A stretch of 64,000 nt of DNA from Acidobacteriota bacterium (GCA_963666055.2 CAXWPH010000014.1:480001-544000); one strand, 5' to 3'. Counted from the first letter of the stretch, positions 30,951 through 41,736 are shown. Translations and numbers: made by a program. Notes: generated from the sequence alone by a model not told the origin.

Positions 30951-32929
30951 CGGGCATTTCCCCCAATGATTTCCTCCAACAGGCCGTCCGTTTCCTGCTC
31001 CAGCGCCAGGATGTCGGCGCGGATCTCCTTGAGCGAACGCATCGGCGTCGGCTTGTAGAAGTAACGGGTAAAGCTGATCTCGTAGCCAATCTTCACGCTG
31101 CCCGGGACGTACCAGGCGTCGGCCGCGTAAGAGAGTACCTCGCGGCGCAGGAACGCCTCGACGCCGCCCTGCTCCAGTAGCGGCACCTGCTCGGTGTCCC
31201 GCAGATCGGTGTCCGGCTCGTACTCGACCACGCACTGCTTCTTGCTGATGGTCACCTCGAACAGGCCGACCAGTGGGTTGGGTTCAACGCCTCGCTTGTG
31301 GATCTTCTTGATGACGGGCGGTGCACTCTCGTCCCGCTCGGCGGTCTCCTTGAGGGCCTTGATCTCCTTTGCCGCGTAGGCTCGGTCGGGGTCGGTCCCC
31401 GTGAGCCGGAGGGGTCGCTCGACCTTCACCTTCCGGTACCCGAAGGCGGCGTTCGGGAAAATCTTGGACTGCTCGGTCTCCTCGAAGGCCAGGAACGCGT
31501 CGCAGATGCAGGTGATGTCCTCCTCGGACAGCTCGCAGTTCTTCTTGCCCAGGTTCTTGCGCAGCGGCTTGAACCACTGCGTGGCGTCGATGAGCTGGAC
31601 CTTGCCGCGTCGATGGGCAGGTTTTCGGTTCGTCAGCACCCAGATGTAGGTGGCGATGCCGGTGTTGTAGAACATGTTCAGCGGCAACGCGACGATCGCC
31701 TCCAGCCAGTCCTTCTCGATGATCCAGCGGCGGATGTTGCTCTCTCCCTGCCCGGCGTTGCCCGTGAACAGGGAGCTGCCGTTGTGGACCTCGGCAATAC
31801 GGCTCCCCAGCGGCGTGCCGTGCTTCATCTTCGAGAGCATGTTCGCCAGAAACAGCATCTGACCGTCGCTGGAGCGGGTGATGAGCGAGTACTCGGCATC
31901 ACCGTCGTGTTGGATCAGAAAGCGCGGGTCCTTGATGCCCGCCTTGCCGCCCAGGCGCTCCAGGTCACTCTTGTAGCTCTTGCCGTAGGGCGGGTTGGAA
32001 AGCATGAAGTCGAACTCGCGCGACGGAAAGGCGTCGTTGGAGAGCGTAGAGTGTTCCGGTCCCCCGACGATGTTGTCGGCCGCTTCTCCCTCGCCCTTGA
32101 GCAGGAGATCCGCCTTGGCGATGGCATAGGTCTCGGAATTGATCTCCTGACCGTAGAGATGGGTGGCGACCTGCTTGCCGCGCTGCTGGGCGATCTGCGT
32201 CAACGTCTCCTCGGCCACTGTCAACATGCCCCCCGTGCCGCAGGCGCCGTCGTACACCAGGTAGGTTCCGGAGGCGATCTGGTCGGCGACAGGCAGCAGC
32301 ACGAGCTTCGCCATGAGCTTCACGGCATCGCGCGGGGTCCAGTGCTCGCCGGCCTCTTCGTTGTTTTCCTCGTTGAAGCGGCGGACCAGCTCCTCGAAGA
32401 TCGTGCCTATCGCGTGGTTGTCCAGGCCGGGATGCTTGACCGACCCGTCGCCATGAAGCACCGGGTGAGGACTCAGGTTCACGTCCGGCGACAGGAACTT
32501 CTCGATCAGCGTGCCGAGGGCGTCGGCCTTGGACAGGCGGGGGATCTGGTTACGGAACTCGAACTTCTCCAGGATGTCCTGGACGTTGGGCGAGAAGCCG
32601 TCGAGATAGGCTTCGAAGTCGGCCTTGAGCTGCTGTTGGCTGGCGCGGGCCTTGAGGTCGCGCAACGTGAACTTCGAGGTGTTGTAGAACGCTTGGCCTG
32701 CGGCCTGACGCAGTGCCTGGTCCTGGTGGATAATCTCTGCTTCATCGAGCGAACTCCTCATATCCAGCACGGCCGGCTTGCTCGGCTCCAGGAGCGAGTC
32801 AAGCCGCCGCAGCACGGTCATGGGCAAGATCACATCCCGATACTTGCCACGGACGTAGAGGTCGCGCAGCACGTCGTCCGCGATGCCCCAGATGAAGTTG
32901 GCGATCCAGCCGAGTTGAGGTTGGTCCAC
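30947..32929 (-). CDS. hsdM: Type I methyltransferase subunit M
   Basis: GAGGAGG RBS, GEHWTPR, DGACGTGGML, NPPY, FYNTGI. Confidence 0.95.
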   Translation of the reverse strand: MDQPQLGWIANFIWGIADDVLRDLYVRGKYRDVILPMTVLRRLDSLLEPSKPAVLDMRSSLDEAEIIHQDQALRQAAGQAFYNTSKFTLRDLKARASQQQLKADFEAYLDGFSPNVQDILEKFEFRNQIPRLSKADALGTLIEKFLSPDVNLSPHPVLHGDGSVKHPGLDNHAIGTIFEELVRRFNEENNEEAGEHWTPRDAVKLMAKLVLLPVADQIASGTYLVYDGACGTGGMLTVAEETLTQIAQQRGKQVATHLYGQEINSETYAIAKADLLLKGEGEAADNIVGGPEHSTLSNDAFPSREFDFMLSNPPYGKSYKSDLERLGGKAGIKDPRFLIQHDGDAEYSLITRSSDGQMLFLANMLSKMKHGTPLGSRIAEVHNGSSLFTGNAGQGESNIRRWIIEKDWLEAIVALPLNMFYNTGIATYIWVLTNRKPAHRRGKVQLIDATQWFKPLRKNLGKKNCELSEEDITCICDAFLAFEETEQSKIFPNAAFGYRKVKVERPLRLTGTDPDRAYAAKEIKALKETAERDESAPPVIKKIHKRGVEPNPLVGLFEVTISKKQCVVEYEPDTDLRDTEQVPLLEQGGVEAFLRREVLSYAADAWYVPGSVKIGYEISFTRYFYKPTPMRSLKEIRADILALEQETDGLLEEIIGGNAR

Positions 32930-33886
32930 GGATCCTCCTCCAAGGACCTGCCAGGGTTTCTTAGCGTCCAGCGGTGGCGGTAGTGAGGCGCTGTCGAGCT
33001 CGTGGTGAAACGCGAGTACACGATACGGCGTGGTTCGTCGATGAGCGCCAGCATGGTCGCCAGTTTGGCGATGCGTGCCGTGGTTGGAACCACGGCGGCG
33101 CGAACTCGTCAAGGTAGGCGAGCAACAAACGGACCTACATCGTGACCGGCGATATCTCCAACAGCTGCCGATGGCACCGCATCTTCAAGGCCATGAACGG
33201 TTTCGGCGAGGATCATATCTTGTTGATTGATGTAGGGACAGCGTCGCGCCGTGCCCCCCGGTTAGCCGCTGGTAGAAGATCGCGGCGTTGCCTGAGGGGA
33301 GGATCCCACAGGGACCGAAGGGTGGGTCTTCACCACGAGCCGATGAGAGCTCGCAGGATCGCCCAGGACGCGCGCCGAGCACCCGACACGTGGGTCCCCC
33401 CCCCGCCCCCCGGGTCCCCGTACCTTTGCCGGCGCGACGGCACGTCCCCGCCACGGCCGACGTGCACGCACGCCTGCATCGAGGCTATACCCGCCACCTA
33501 CGGCGTACAGCTACCATCGGACGCCTGCGACCTGACCGCGCCGCAAGTCGGCGAGCTCGCCGGGACCCGTATCCGCAACACCGCGACAAGCCTTTGTTTC
33601 CAATGACTTACGGCCATTCGTATCCGCTACGGCAGTGGGGTTTGTAGCGGATAGACCCTGCGTGCATGCATGCGCGATGTTCTCTGGCGTATCCGGTATA
33701 GGTTCCGGCAGGGGCTTCTCGACTGGCCGGCGGCTTCGGGTGATCCTCTCTTCTGACCCTTGGGGGCGGCTTCAGGACCCTGTGCCTTGCCGGGCGTTGG
33801 TCAATCAATCCAACCAACCATATTGACCCTCCAGGTTAACTTAAGTTTTGTACATACTCGTTCAATTTTCTGGTACGCTTGGAGTA

Positions 33887-34750
33887 ATGAGCGCGGAAGA
33901 TCAGACGGCTCGCTCTGACGAGCAGTACACGGCCAAGGACGTTCGTGAGATGGCGGACCTCAGCTATCGCCAGCTTAACGATTGGGATGGAAAGGGTCTG
34001 CTGCCTGGGGCGATTCGCGCAGAGGGCAAATGGCGTCGCTTCACGCCACGGGACCTGTTCACGATCATGGTCTGCTCCAAGCTGCGTGACAAATTCGGTG
34101 CCTCGTTGGAGTCGATCAGGTTCGTTCGGGATTGCATGTTGCAGGAAGATGCCGATCACTTTCAGGCTGCCGCAGAGATGATGGGCGAACTCGGAGTGCC
34201 GGTGTTGCTCATCACAGATCTCAAGGAGATGTTTGTGATGGACTCTGTCCTTGAGTGGATCGATCTCATGAAGCACGGGTATTTCAGCGGAGAGGCCGAC
34301 GGAAGCGATGGCGGAGCGTATGCAGTCGTGGTTGTGAACCCCATCGTGAACCGGATTCTCGGCTGCCTTAAGGAGCCGATCTCGATTCCGTACCACGGAC
34401 GAGGCTACAAGATCCTCCGACTTGTCAATGAGACGCTCGCAGTCCGGAATGAAGCTGAGCTGAAGATCCTCGACCTAGCGCGGAGCCGGGACTTTCAACG
34501 AATCGAAGTGGTGCTCAAAGGTGGTCAAGTGCAACTGATCCGAGCAGAACAGGACCTCGTTGACTTGACCGTTGAGGGCATTCAAGCAGTGGTTGAGGAA
34601 AGAAAGTACGAAACGATTACGTTGAAGAAACGGGATGGTGAGGTTGTCCGCGCCGTCCGTGAGATCGCATTCAAACCGAATAGCGAGGACCTGTACGCGA
34701 CGAAGCAGAAAGACCCTGCGCGTCGTAAGAAACGAAACAGCTCGCAATGA
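33887..34750 (+). CDS. MerR-type HTH protein
   Basis: YTAKDV..LSYRQLNDWD.KGLL..WRRF. Confidence 0.8.
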   Translation: MSAEDQTARSDEQYTAKDVREMADLSYRQLNDWDGKGLLPGAIRAEGKWRRFTPRDLFTIMVCSKLRDKFGASLESIRFVRDCMLQEDADHFQAAAEMMGELGVPVLLITDLKEMFVMDSVLEWIDLMKHGYFSGEADGSDGGAYAVVVVNPIVNRILGCLKEPISIPYHGRGYKILRLVNETLAVRNEAELKILDLARSRDFQRIEVVLKGGQVQLIRAEQDLVDLTVEGIQAVVEERKYETITLKKRDGEVVRAVREIAFKPNSEDLYATKQKDPARRKKRNSSQ

Positions 34751-34834
34751 ACCAACAACCCACCTGGCACAGCGGAAGGAACCCGAGGGCTGGGCAGCTT
34801 AGCGTCCTACTGAGAGGACGTTGGGGATGCGCCA

Positions 34835-35105
34835 GTGCTCACGGTGGACCGTTGCCGGCAGCTGCTCGAAGCAACTGATCTCTCCGAACAAGCGATCGAG
34901 GAGATCCCGCGATGCCCTTTACAGCGTCGCCCGACTCACGATGGCCGAGGTTCAGCGAGCCCATGCGCGGATTCGTATCTGTGACATCGAGGTGTTGGAG
35001 GAACGTGCCGCGATCTGCGAGTTCGAGGGTGAAATGCAGCGTGACCAAGCGGAGGACGCGGCTTTGATCCAGCTCGACGCGTGGAAGGCGCGGAAACAGC
35101 AATGA
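34835..35105 (+). CDS. Small protein coupled to the recombinase, +1 frameshift at about 34907
   Basis: LTVDRCRQLL..LSEQAIEEI|RDALY..EERAAICEFEG; ATGA overlap with the recombinase. Confidence 0.6.
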
Positions 35106-36608
35106 AGAACGCTGTCATCTATTGCAGAGTTTCCACCGAGGATCAGGTGAAGAATCTGAGCCTCACGACTCAAGAGGAGTTCTGCCGACGCCATTGCGAA
35201 CGGGCTGACTTCGCGGTTCGAGAGATATTTGTCGACCGAGGGGCATCAGCGAAGACAGCGAACCGGCCGAGTTTCCAGGCGATGCTTGTATATTGCCGTC
35301 GGCACGCCCGGAGTATCGACTTCGTCGTTGTCTACCGGCTTGATCGCTTCGCCCGGAACGTCTACGACCACGTCGACGTGATCGGGCAGTTGGGCGAATG
35401 GGGGATTCTTCTCCGGTCAGTGACGGAGAGAATCGATGAAACCCCTACCGGCAAGTTCATGGCTACCATGGTCGCCGCGGTAAGCCAGTTGGACAATGAT
35501 GTTCGCCGGGAAAGGACCATCGACGGCATGCGTGCCGCACTCAAGCGAGGAAGATGGACGTTTCCGCCGCCGCTGGGGTACCTGCCGGGGAACAGGAGTC
35601 GTGGTGAAGCAAGCCTAATCTTTGACCCCGAACGGGCCGACTTGGTGCGCAGGGGCTTCGAGCTGATGGCAAAAGGTGCGCAGTCGCAGGCAGCGGTACT
35701 GGAAACCCTTACGGCTTTGGGGCTGCGAACAAAGCGTGGAAAGCTATTGCGGCCGCAAGAATTCGCGAAGTCGCTCCGGAAGCCTGTGTACGGTGGCCGG
35801 GTTGTATGCGAGAAGTTGGGCGTTGACGAACAGGGCGACTTCGAACCATTGGTCGACCAGAAGACGTACCAGCAGGTGCAGCGCCGTCTCGATGGGGGTA
35901 GACCGCGCATGAGGGACAACCCGGACTTTCCGCTTCGGCGGTTTGTTCGCTGTGAGAGATGCGAGCAGCCGGCTTACTGCCGGATGGTCACGGGGGCGCA
36001 GCGCGAGCTACGCCTACTACCGATGCCCGAAGTGCAGCCGTCCCGGCGTTAGCGCCCGTAGGCACGTTCTTGAAGAGGCTTTCATTGAGGAACTCACTTG
36101 TGTGCAACCGGACCCGCGTGTGTTGCCGCTATTCGCGGAGATTGTGCGCGACTTGTGGACCGAAGAGCGAAGCCTTGAAGACGCAGAGGCTCGCCAGCTC
36201 GCGAGGCGCATAGAAGATCGAGAGAAGGTTCGTGAGCGGCTCCTGAATGCGCTCTTGCGCGGCGCGGTCGACGACGAGACATATCGGCAGCACGACGAGA
36301 AATTGCGAAAGGAGACCGCCGAGGCGGAGTCACAGCGGATTGGTATCCGCTCTGACGAACCAGATGTTGAGGTGGTGATCGCGTTTGCTGCCGAGGTGAT
36401 GTCGGACCTTGCCGGATATTGGAACCGGGCTGAACCCTCGGCGAAGACTGCCTTGCAGAGAGTTGTGTATCCCGGAGGTTTGACTTTCGACGGCGAACGA
36501 CTTGGAACCGCCGTAACTAGCCCTGTTTTCAGCTACTTGCAGGGATTCACGGACCAGAAAAACAAATTGGCAGCCCTAACGGGATTTGAACCCGTGTCTC
36601 CGCCTTGA
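35102..36608 (+). CDS. Large serine recombinase, +1 frameshift near 35971
   Basis: YCRVST, YRLDRFAR, PLGY, zinc ribbon CERC/YYRC, coiled coil; ends TGFEPVSPP inside the tRNA. Confidence 0.92.
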
Positions 36609-36645
36609 GAGGGCGGTGTCCTGGGCCAGGCTAGACGATAGGGCC
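36568..36645 (-). tRNA. tRNA-Glu(CTC)
   Basis: Full cloverleaf: CCGCC-CTCTCAA-GGCGG anticodon arm, GGTTCAAATCC, encoded CCA. Confidence 0.95.
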
Positions 36646-36735
36646 GCCAGAGGTCATAGCTACTTGAATGCCCAGGGACCCAGAGACTTTAACGAGGCTC
36701 TTTGACCGGGGCAAGCTTGCTGAGAGGCGGTGAAT

Positions 36736-37941
36736 TCAGCCCTTCAAGGTCTTGCCGAGCACTTCGGTGAGAATCTTGCGCGCCGAGGCGGCCAGCGGTA
36801 GCTCGGCGGCCTCTTGGGGCCGGAACCAGCCGGATTCCGTGGCGACGGTGCTGTCGAGCTCGGGCTCCCGTACGGTGATCTCGCCGCTCCCTTCGGGAGG
36901 TTGGCGCAAACCGTTGCTGCGCCCTTCCTGCTGATCGCAGAGCCGACCCGAGTAAACGCGACACTCAATGCGCCGGTTGGTCATTCCGTGCTTGATCTCG
37001 CCCAACTTGTCGCCGAGATCGATGTGCCAACCGAGCTCGGCGAGATGGCGGCTGAAGGCCGACTTGGTGGCGCGCGACGCGCCGAGGCGCGAGTCGAGCG
37101 TCGGGAACTCCCACATGTCCTGAACGAGGGTAGGCCGCTGGCCGCGCAGCAGCAGCACCCGCCCGTCGCGCTCGACTACGGTGGCGAGCTCGGTGACGGC
37201 GCGGACGGTTTGGCGCTTGATCGGCAGGATCAGCTCCTCGATTCCGAGGGCGTGGGCCGCGCACCAGCTTGCCACCGGGCACTCGTCGCAACCCGGCGAG
37301 CGCGGCGTGCAGACGCGGGCGCCGAGCTCCATGATCGCCTGATTGAGGTCGCCCGGCTCGTGTTTCTGCATTGCCTCGGCGACCAGCCCCTCGAGCTGCC
37401 GCCGCACGGGCCCGCGGCGTGGGTCGTCGACGATGCCCCCGATACGGCACAGGGCGCGACCGACGTTGCCGTCCACCGACAGCGCCGCGATGCCGAACGA
37501 GATAGAGCCAACCGCGGCAGCGGTGTAGGGGCCGAGCCCGGGCAGGGCGCGCAACGCGGCAAGATCCTCAGGGATCCGGCCGTCGTGGTCGGCAACGACG
37601 ACTCGAGCGAGTTGGTGCAATGATCGCGCCCGGCGGTAGTAGCCGAGGCCCGACCACTCGGTGAGAACCTCTCCGACCTCGGCGTCGGCCAGCGCGGCGA
37701 TCGTCCGAAACCGCTCGAGAAAAGAGGCGTAGCGCCCGAGCACGGTTTCGACGCGCGTTTGCTGCAGCATGATCTCCGATACCAGAATCGCGTAGGGATC
37801 GCGGGTGCGGCGCCACGGCAAGTCGCGACCGACCTCCCGGTACCAGTGGACGAGCTCGGCGGCTAGCTCGAGCGGCAGCGAGTTTGGTTGATTTGCCACT
37901 CTGGTGGCGTGGTCGTCGGGCAGCGCTCCGCGCCGGCTCAC
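36736..37941 (-). CDS. mutY: A/G-specific adenine glycosylase
   Basis: RDLPWR, VSEIMLQQT, WSGLGYY, LPGLGPYTA, VDGNV, CX6CX2CX5C. Confidence 0.95.
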   Translation of the reverse strand: MSRRGALPDDHATRVANQPNSLPLELAAELVHWYREVGRDLPWRRTRDPYAILVSEIMLQQTRVETVLGRYASFLERFRTIAALADAEVGEVLTEWSGLGYYRRARSLHQLARVVVADHDGRIPEDLAALRALPGLGPYTAAAVGSISFGIAALSVDGNVGRALCRIGGIVDDPRRGPVRRQLEGLVAEAMQKHEPGDLNQAIMELGARVCTPRSPGCDECPVASWCAAHALGIEELILPIKRQTVRAVTELATVVERDGRVLLLRGQRPTLVQDMWEFPTLDSRLGASRATKSAFSRHLAELGWHIDLGDKLGEIKHGMTNRRIECRVYSGRLCDQQEGRSNGLRQPPEGSGEITVREPELDSTVATESGWFRPQEAAELPLAASARKILTEVLGKTLKG

Positions 37942-38750
37942 GCCGCCTCCGCCGCTGCGTCGCGCAGCAGCTGCTCGATCAGATTGCGGGCGCAGAGCTC
38001 GCCGCGGCTGGTGAGCTTCCACCAATGCTTTTCGATCTTCAGCTCGCGGACGATCTCGGCGACGGTGCGGCCCTCGTCGTGCATCACCACGACCTGCTGC
38101 TGCAGGCCGAGCAGGAAGTCGAGCTTCTTGCCGATCCTGTCCTGGTGGCTCTCGTGCATACCCGAGTGCTGGCAGAACAGCGTGCAATCCGGCAGCTCCA
38201 TGAGGGTACGGAGTGATTGGATGATCTCGGTGATGTTCTCGTCGGAGCGCAGCACCTTGAGCCGTGTGGCAAGGAACACGTCGCCGCCGAACAGCCAGCG
38301 CTGATCGGGCTCGTACAGGACGATGTGATCGGGGGCGTGCCCTGGGGTGTGCAGCACCTGAAACGAGTATTGCGCTGTGCTGAGCCCGGCGCCGAGCGGC
38401 TTGGTCTCGAACGGTTCGGGTGTGCCCCACACGACCCTTCTATAGAGGGGCACGTTCCCAGGATTGCGCACCAGCGGCAGCGTCAACGGGTGGGCGAGGG
38501 GAGGGCGATCGATGTGCCGCGAGGCGAACGCGGCGTTGCCGGTGTGGTCCTCGTGGTGGTGTGTCAGCACGATCTGATCGGCGTCGACCTGGCCCATGAT
38601 CGAGGCGAACTCGACGGGCGCGTTCGGCGGCCCGGTATCGATCAGTAGGCCATCAACGAAATAGACACCGGCCGACAAGTAGTAACGACCGGCGACGGAG
38701 CGCGCCAGCGAAAAGAAGCGTACGGGGCCGTATTCTGCGGAGCGCAGCAC
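37938..38750 (-). CDS. MBL-fold metallo-hydrolase
   Basis: THHHEDHTG, TPGHAPDH, GD. Confidence 0.9.
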   Translation of the reverse strand: MLRSAEYGPVRFFSLARSVAGRYYLSAGVYFVDGLLIDTGPPNAPVEFASIMGQVDADQIVLTHHHEDHTGNAAFASRHIDRPPLAHPLTLPLVRNPGNVPLYRRVVWGTPEPFETKPLGAGLSTAQYSFQVLHTPGHAPDHIVLYEPDQRWLFGGDVFLATRLKVLRSDENITEIIQSLRTLMELPDCTLFCQHSGMHESHQDRIGKKLDFLLGLQQQVVVMHDEGRTVAEIVRELKIEKHWWKLTSRGELCARNLIEQLLRDAAAEAA

Positions 38751-38753
38751 GAT

Positions 38754-39575
38754 TCAGTCGTCGCCGGAGGTCGCGGCGGCCGCCGCATCGACACCCTTCG
38801 CGGATGGATCGTCGGCAATCCGGGGGACCCCGGGCTCACGGGCCAGCCGTGACTGAATGTCCTGCAGATGGCGCATCAGCTGGGCGCGCGTGCCGGCGGC
38901 GTGCGGGTTGAGGTTCTGGATGGCGGTGAACAGCTCCCAGGTATCCTCGCCCACGGTTTCGGCGACCTCGCGGAACAGGTTGTAGCCGGGCGTGCGAATC
39001 AGCGACTCGCTCTTCTCGAGCTGCGCCAGGGCGCGGCCGACGAACTGGGCCAGAGCCTGCGTTTGGGCGATGTCGCGGTCGTGCGTCTCGGCGTCACACA
39101 CGATGACCTCGAGGCCGAGCTCCTCGAGAAAGGCACGAGCCTTGTCGAGCCGCTCGGTGCGCGCCGGACACAGCACGATGCGATGGCCGTCGAGGCCGTC
39201 GCCGGCGCTTTGCGGGCCGAACATCGGATGGGTGCCGAGGATCTCGACGTCCTCTGGCAATATGCGCAGCATCTGCTCTACCGGCACCAGCTTCACCGAG
39301 CCCACGTCGATAATGAGGGCGCCGGGCCGCACGTGGTCGCGCATGGCGTTGAGCGCTGCCGAAAGCTCCTGCACGGGGACAGCGACGATGACATACGGGC
39401 AGGCCGCAGCCTCTTGGACCGTGCCCCAATCGATGTCGAGCTGCGCGGCGGCCGCCGAGCGATCGAGCTCGTCGGCGGCGACGATATCGAAGGTATCGCG
39501 CAGGTGTTTGGCCACCAGGCGGCCGAAGCTGCCGAGTCCGATCAGCCCCAGCTTTCTCGTGTCGGTGTGTGCCAT
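38754..39575 (-). CDS. Prephenate/arogenate dehydrogenase (TyrA family)
   Basis: GLGSFG, DVGSVK, HPMFGP, HDR..A..Q. Confidence 0.9.
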   Translation of the reverse strand: MAHTDTRKLGLIGLGSFGRLVAKHLRDTFDIVAADELDRSAAAAQLDIDWGTVQEAAACPYVIVAVPVQELSAALNAMRDHVRPGALIIDVGSVKLVPVEQMLRILPEDVEILGTHPMFGPQSAGDGLDGHRIVLCPARTERLDKARAFLEELGLEVIVCDAETHDRDIAQTQALAQFVGRALAQLEKSESLIRTPGYNLFREVAETVGEDTWELFTAIQNLNPHAAGTRAQLMRHLQDIQSRLAREPGVPRIADDPSAKGVDAAAAATSGDD

Positions 39576-39747
39576 CGCCGCAAGAGTGTACAGGCGCATG
39601 TCGTCCCCTGCGTGCCTGTCCGTGGGAGTTTGTCCTCGGCCGGTTACCGTGCGACACTGCCGTTCGGCGAGCCGTCCCCGTTGTGCGTGGCTCCCGATCC
39701 CCTCCTGGTCTGTTCCGCCTTTCTTGTCTACATTCAGGCTTGTCGAG

Positions 39748-41145
39748 ATGAGATCGATCGTCTGCGCAACCCTCGCGTTCTGGGCGCTGGCTGTACCAGC
39801 GGCGTCGGCCCAAGGCCTCGACCGTGCTGCGGTGCCGCGGCAACAGTTGCCGGGCAGTCAAGCGGCCCAGCAACAGCAGCAGACATCCACCGGCGGCGAC
39901 ACCCAGGCATCGCAGCAGCCCCAGCAGGAAGAAGAAGAGCAAGGTCCCGCCGGCTTGCTCGTGTTCCTCGATTGCGATCGCCGCAATTGTGACCTCGACT
40001 ACCTGCGCCGCGAGATCACGTTCATCAACTACATGCGCGATCGCCAGGATGCCCAGATCCATGTACTCGTAACCACGCAGCGCGCCGGGGCCGGCGAGGA
40101 ATTTACCTTCGACTTCATCGGCCTGCGGGAGTTCGAGGGCGACGACCACAGCTTCACGTACACGTCGAGCAGCACGGACACCGACGACGAAACTCGCGCC
40201 GGCGTCGCGCAAATGCTCCGTGTCGGCATACTCCACTACCTGGCCAAGACGCCGCTGATCAACGACATTGAGATCCGCGCGGCAGTTGAAACCATGGAGC
40301 GGCGGTTCCTGGTGGTGGACCCGGCCGACGATCCGTGGAATTTCTGGGTGTTTCGCTTCGGCGTCGACGGCCGCATCGGCGGCGAGGACAGACGCTCCAA
40401 CCGCAACGTCAACTTCAACGCCTCGGCCAACCGCACCACCGAGGAATGGAAGTTGCGTTTCAACGCCAACCTGCGCTACGACGACCGCAAGTTCATCTTC
40501 GACGATGGCAGCGAATCGTTTTCGTTCAACCACATCTGGTGGCTCAACCACCAGACTGTGAAGAGCCTCGGCGAGCATTGGGGGGCATCGTTCGAGGTAT
40601 CGACAATGCACGCGACGTTCGTCAACACCGATCTGGTCGCTACCATCGCCCCCGGCATCGAGTACAACATCTTTCCCTTTTCGGAATCGTCGCGCCGGTC
40701 GTTCACGATCACGTATCAAGTCGGCGGCAGCTACAACCAGTACATTGAACCAACGATCTTCGGGGTGACGGAAGAGACCCTCTTCGACCACTCGCTGCTG
40801 GTGAACCTCGACGCGGTGCAGCCCTGGGGTGAGCTGGAGGTCGGAATGGACGCGGCGCAGTACTTCACCGATCCGAGCCAGTGGCGCTTGGTATTCCAAG
40901 GCCGATTGGAGTTCCGCATCGTCAGAGGGTTGAACTTCAACGTCAGGGGCAATTGGGCGGCCATCCACGACCAGCGTTTTATCGCCGCCGGCGGCCAAAC
41001 CGACGAGGAGATTCTTCTCCAGCGCCGGGCGTTGGCAACCAATTCGCGCTACAGCTTCAGGGTGGGCTTCAATTACACCTTCGGGTCGATCTTCAACAAC
41101 GTGGTGAATCCGCGATTCACCAACGATTTCAACCGCTTCTTCTAA
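39748..41145 (+). CDS. Secreted, putative outer-membrane beta-barrel protein
   Basis: Signal peptide, Q-rich linker, VFLDC..CD..YLR, DPWNFWVF, YTFGSIFNNVVNPRF. Confidence 0.8.
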   Translation: MRSIVCATLAFWALAVPAASAQGLDRAAVPRQQLPGSQAAQQQQQTSTGGDTQASQQPQQEEEEQGPAGLLVFLDCDRRNCDLDYLRREITFINYMRDRQDAQIHVLVTTQRAGAGEEFTFDFIGLREFEGDDHSFTYTSSSTDTDDETRAGVAQMLRVGILHYLAKTPLINDIEIRAAVETMERRFLVVDPADDPWNFWVFRFGVDGRIGGEDRRSNRNVNFNASANRTTEEWKLRFNANLRYDDRKFIFDDGSESFSFNHIWWLNHQTVKSLGEHWGASFEVSTMHATFVNTDLVATIAPGIEYNIFPFSESSRRSFTITYQVGGSYNQYIEPTIFGVTEETLFDHSLLVNLDAVQPWGELEVGMDAAQYFTDPSQWRLVFQGRLEFRIVRGLNFNVRGNWAAIHDQRFIAAGGQTDEEILLQRRALATNSRYSFRVGFNYTFGSIFNNVVNPRFTNDFNRFF

Positions 41146-41146
41146 C

Positions 41147-41208
41147 AGAGTGCTCAAAGACTCCCGAGGGTGCCCGTAACGGCACCCCCGGGGGGCTCTC
41201 AGCACCCT
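41147..41208. repeat. Long imperfect intergenic hairpin (REP-like)
   Basis: CAGAGTGCT..GGGTGCC/GGCACCC..AGCACCCTG. Confidence 0.4.
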
Positions 41209-41291
41209 GCTGAGCGTTTCTTGGTTGCCTCTGGGCCGCCGCCCGCGCACACTGCCCGGAAGTTCGCCATTCATCGGCAACCGAGGCGCCC

Positions 41292-41732
41292 ATGGCCAAG
41301 AAAGGCCAAATCCCGGACCAGCTGCCCGCCGCGTTCGATTTCGGCCGCGTTCCCGTAAACCGCCACTTCGGGTTCTCGCTGCAGTCGGTCCGGCGCGGCA
41401 AGGCAGAGGTGGCCATGCCGCTGAAACGGTCCTTCTGGCAGGAAGAAGGCGTGGTGCACGGCGGCGTCCTTACGACACTCGCCGATACCGCGGCGGTGTA
41501 TACGATCTCCCCGTTTCTCGACGACGACCAAACGATGACGAGCATCGAGTTCAAGATGAACTTCTTGCGCCCGGCTTCGATCGATGCGGGTTCGGTTACC
41601 GCCAAGGCCAGCCTCGTACGGCAGGGCAAAACGATTGCCCTCTGCGAGGTCGACGTCATGCAGACTCGTCGACTCGTCGCCACGGGGTTGTTCACCTACT
41701 TGATCTATTCGAAGGACGAAGCCGGCAACTAG
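41292..41732 (+). CDS. PaaI-family thioesterase
   Basis: VHGGVLTTLADTA, EFKMNFLRP. Confidence 0.9.
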   Translation: MAKKGQIPDQLPAAFDFGRVPVNRHFGFSLQSVRRGKAEVAMPLKRSFWQEEGVVHGGVLTTLADTAAVYTISPFLDDDQTMTSIEFKMNFLRPASIDAGSVTAKASLVRQGKTIALCEVDVMQTRRLVATGLFTYLIYSKDEAGN

Positions 41733-41736
41733 CCTG

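Larger units (their letters stand above)
12018..36608. mobile_element. Composite integrative island 3' of tRNA-Glu (left boundary uncertain)
   Basis: Two recombinases, IS elements, satellite-like genes, R-M cargo and tRNA fragments. Confidence 0.75.

Noticed and set aside
24165-32983. Long plus-strand ORFs (24165..25475, 31298..32983 and others)
   Set aside because: Antisense shadows of hsdR/hsdM, typical of high-GC DNA.
39094-41280. 728-aa minus-strand ORF
   Set aside because: Shadow of the barrel gene and overlaps the TyrA-family gene out of frame.
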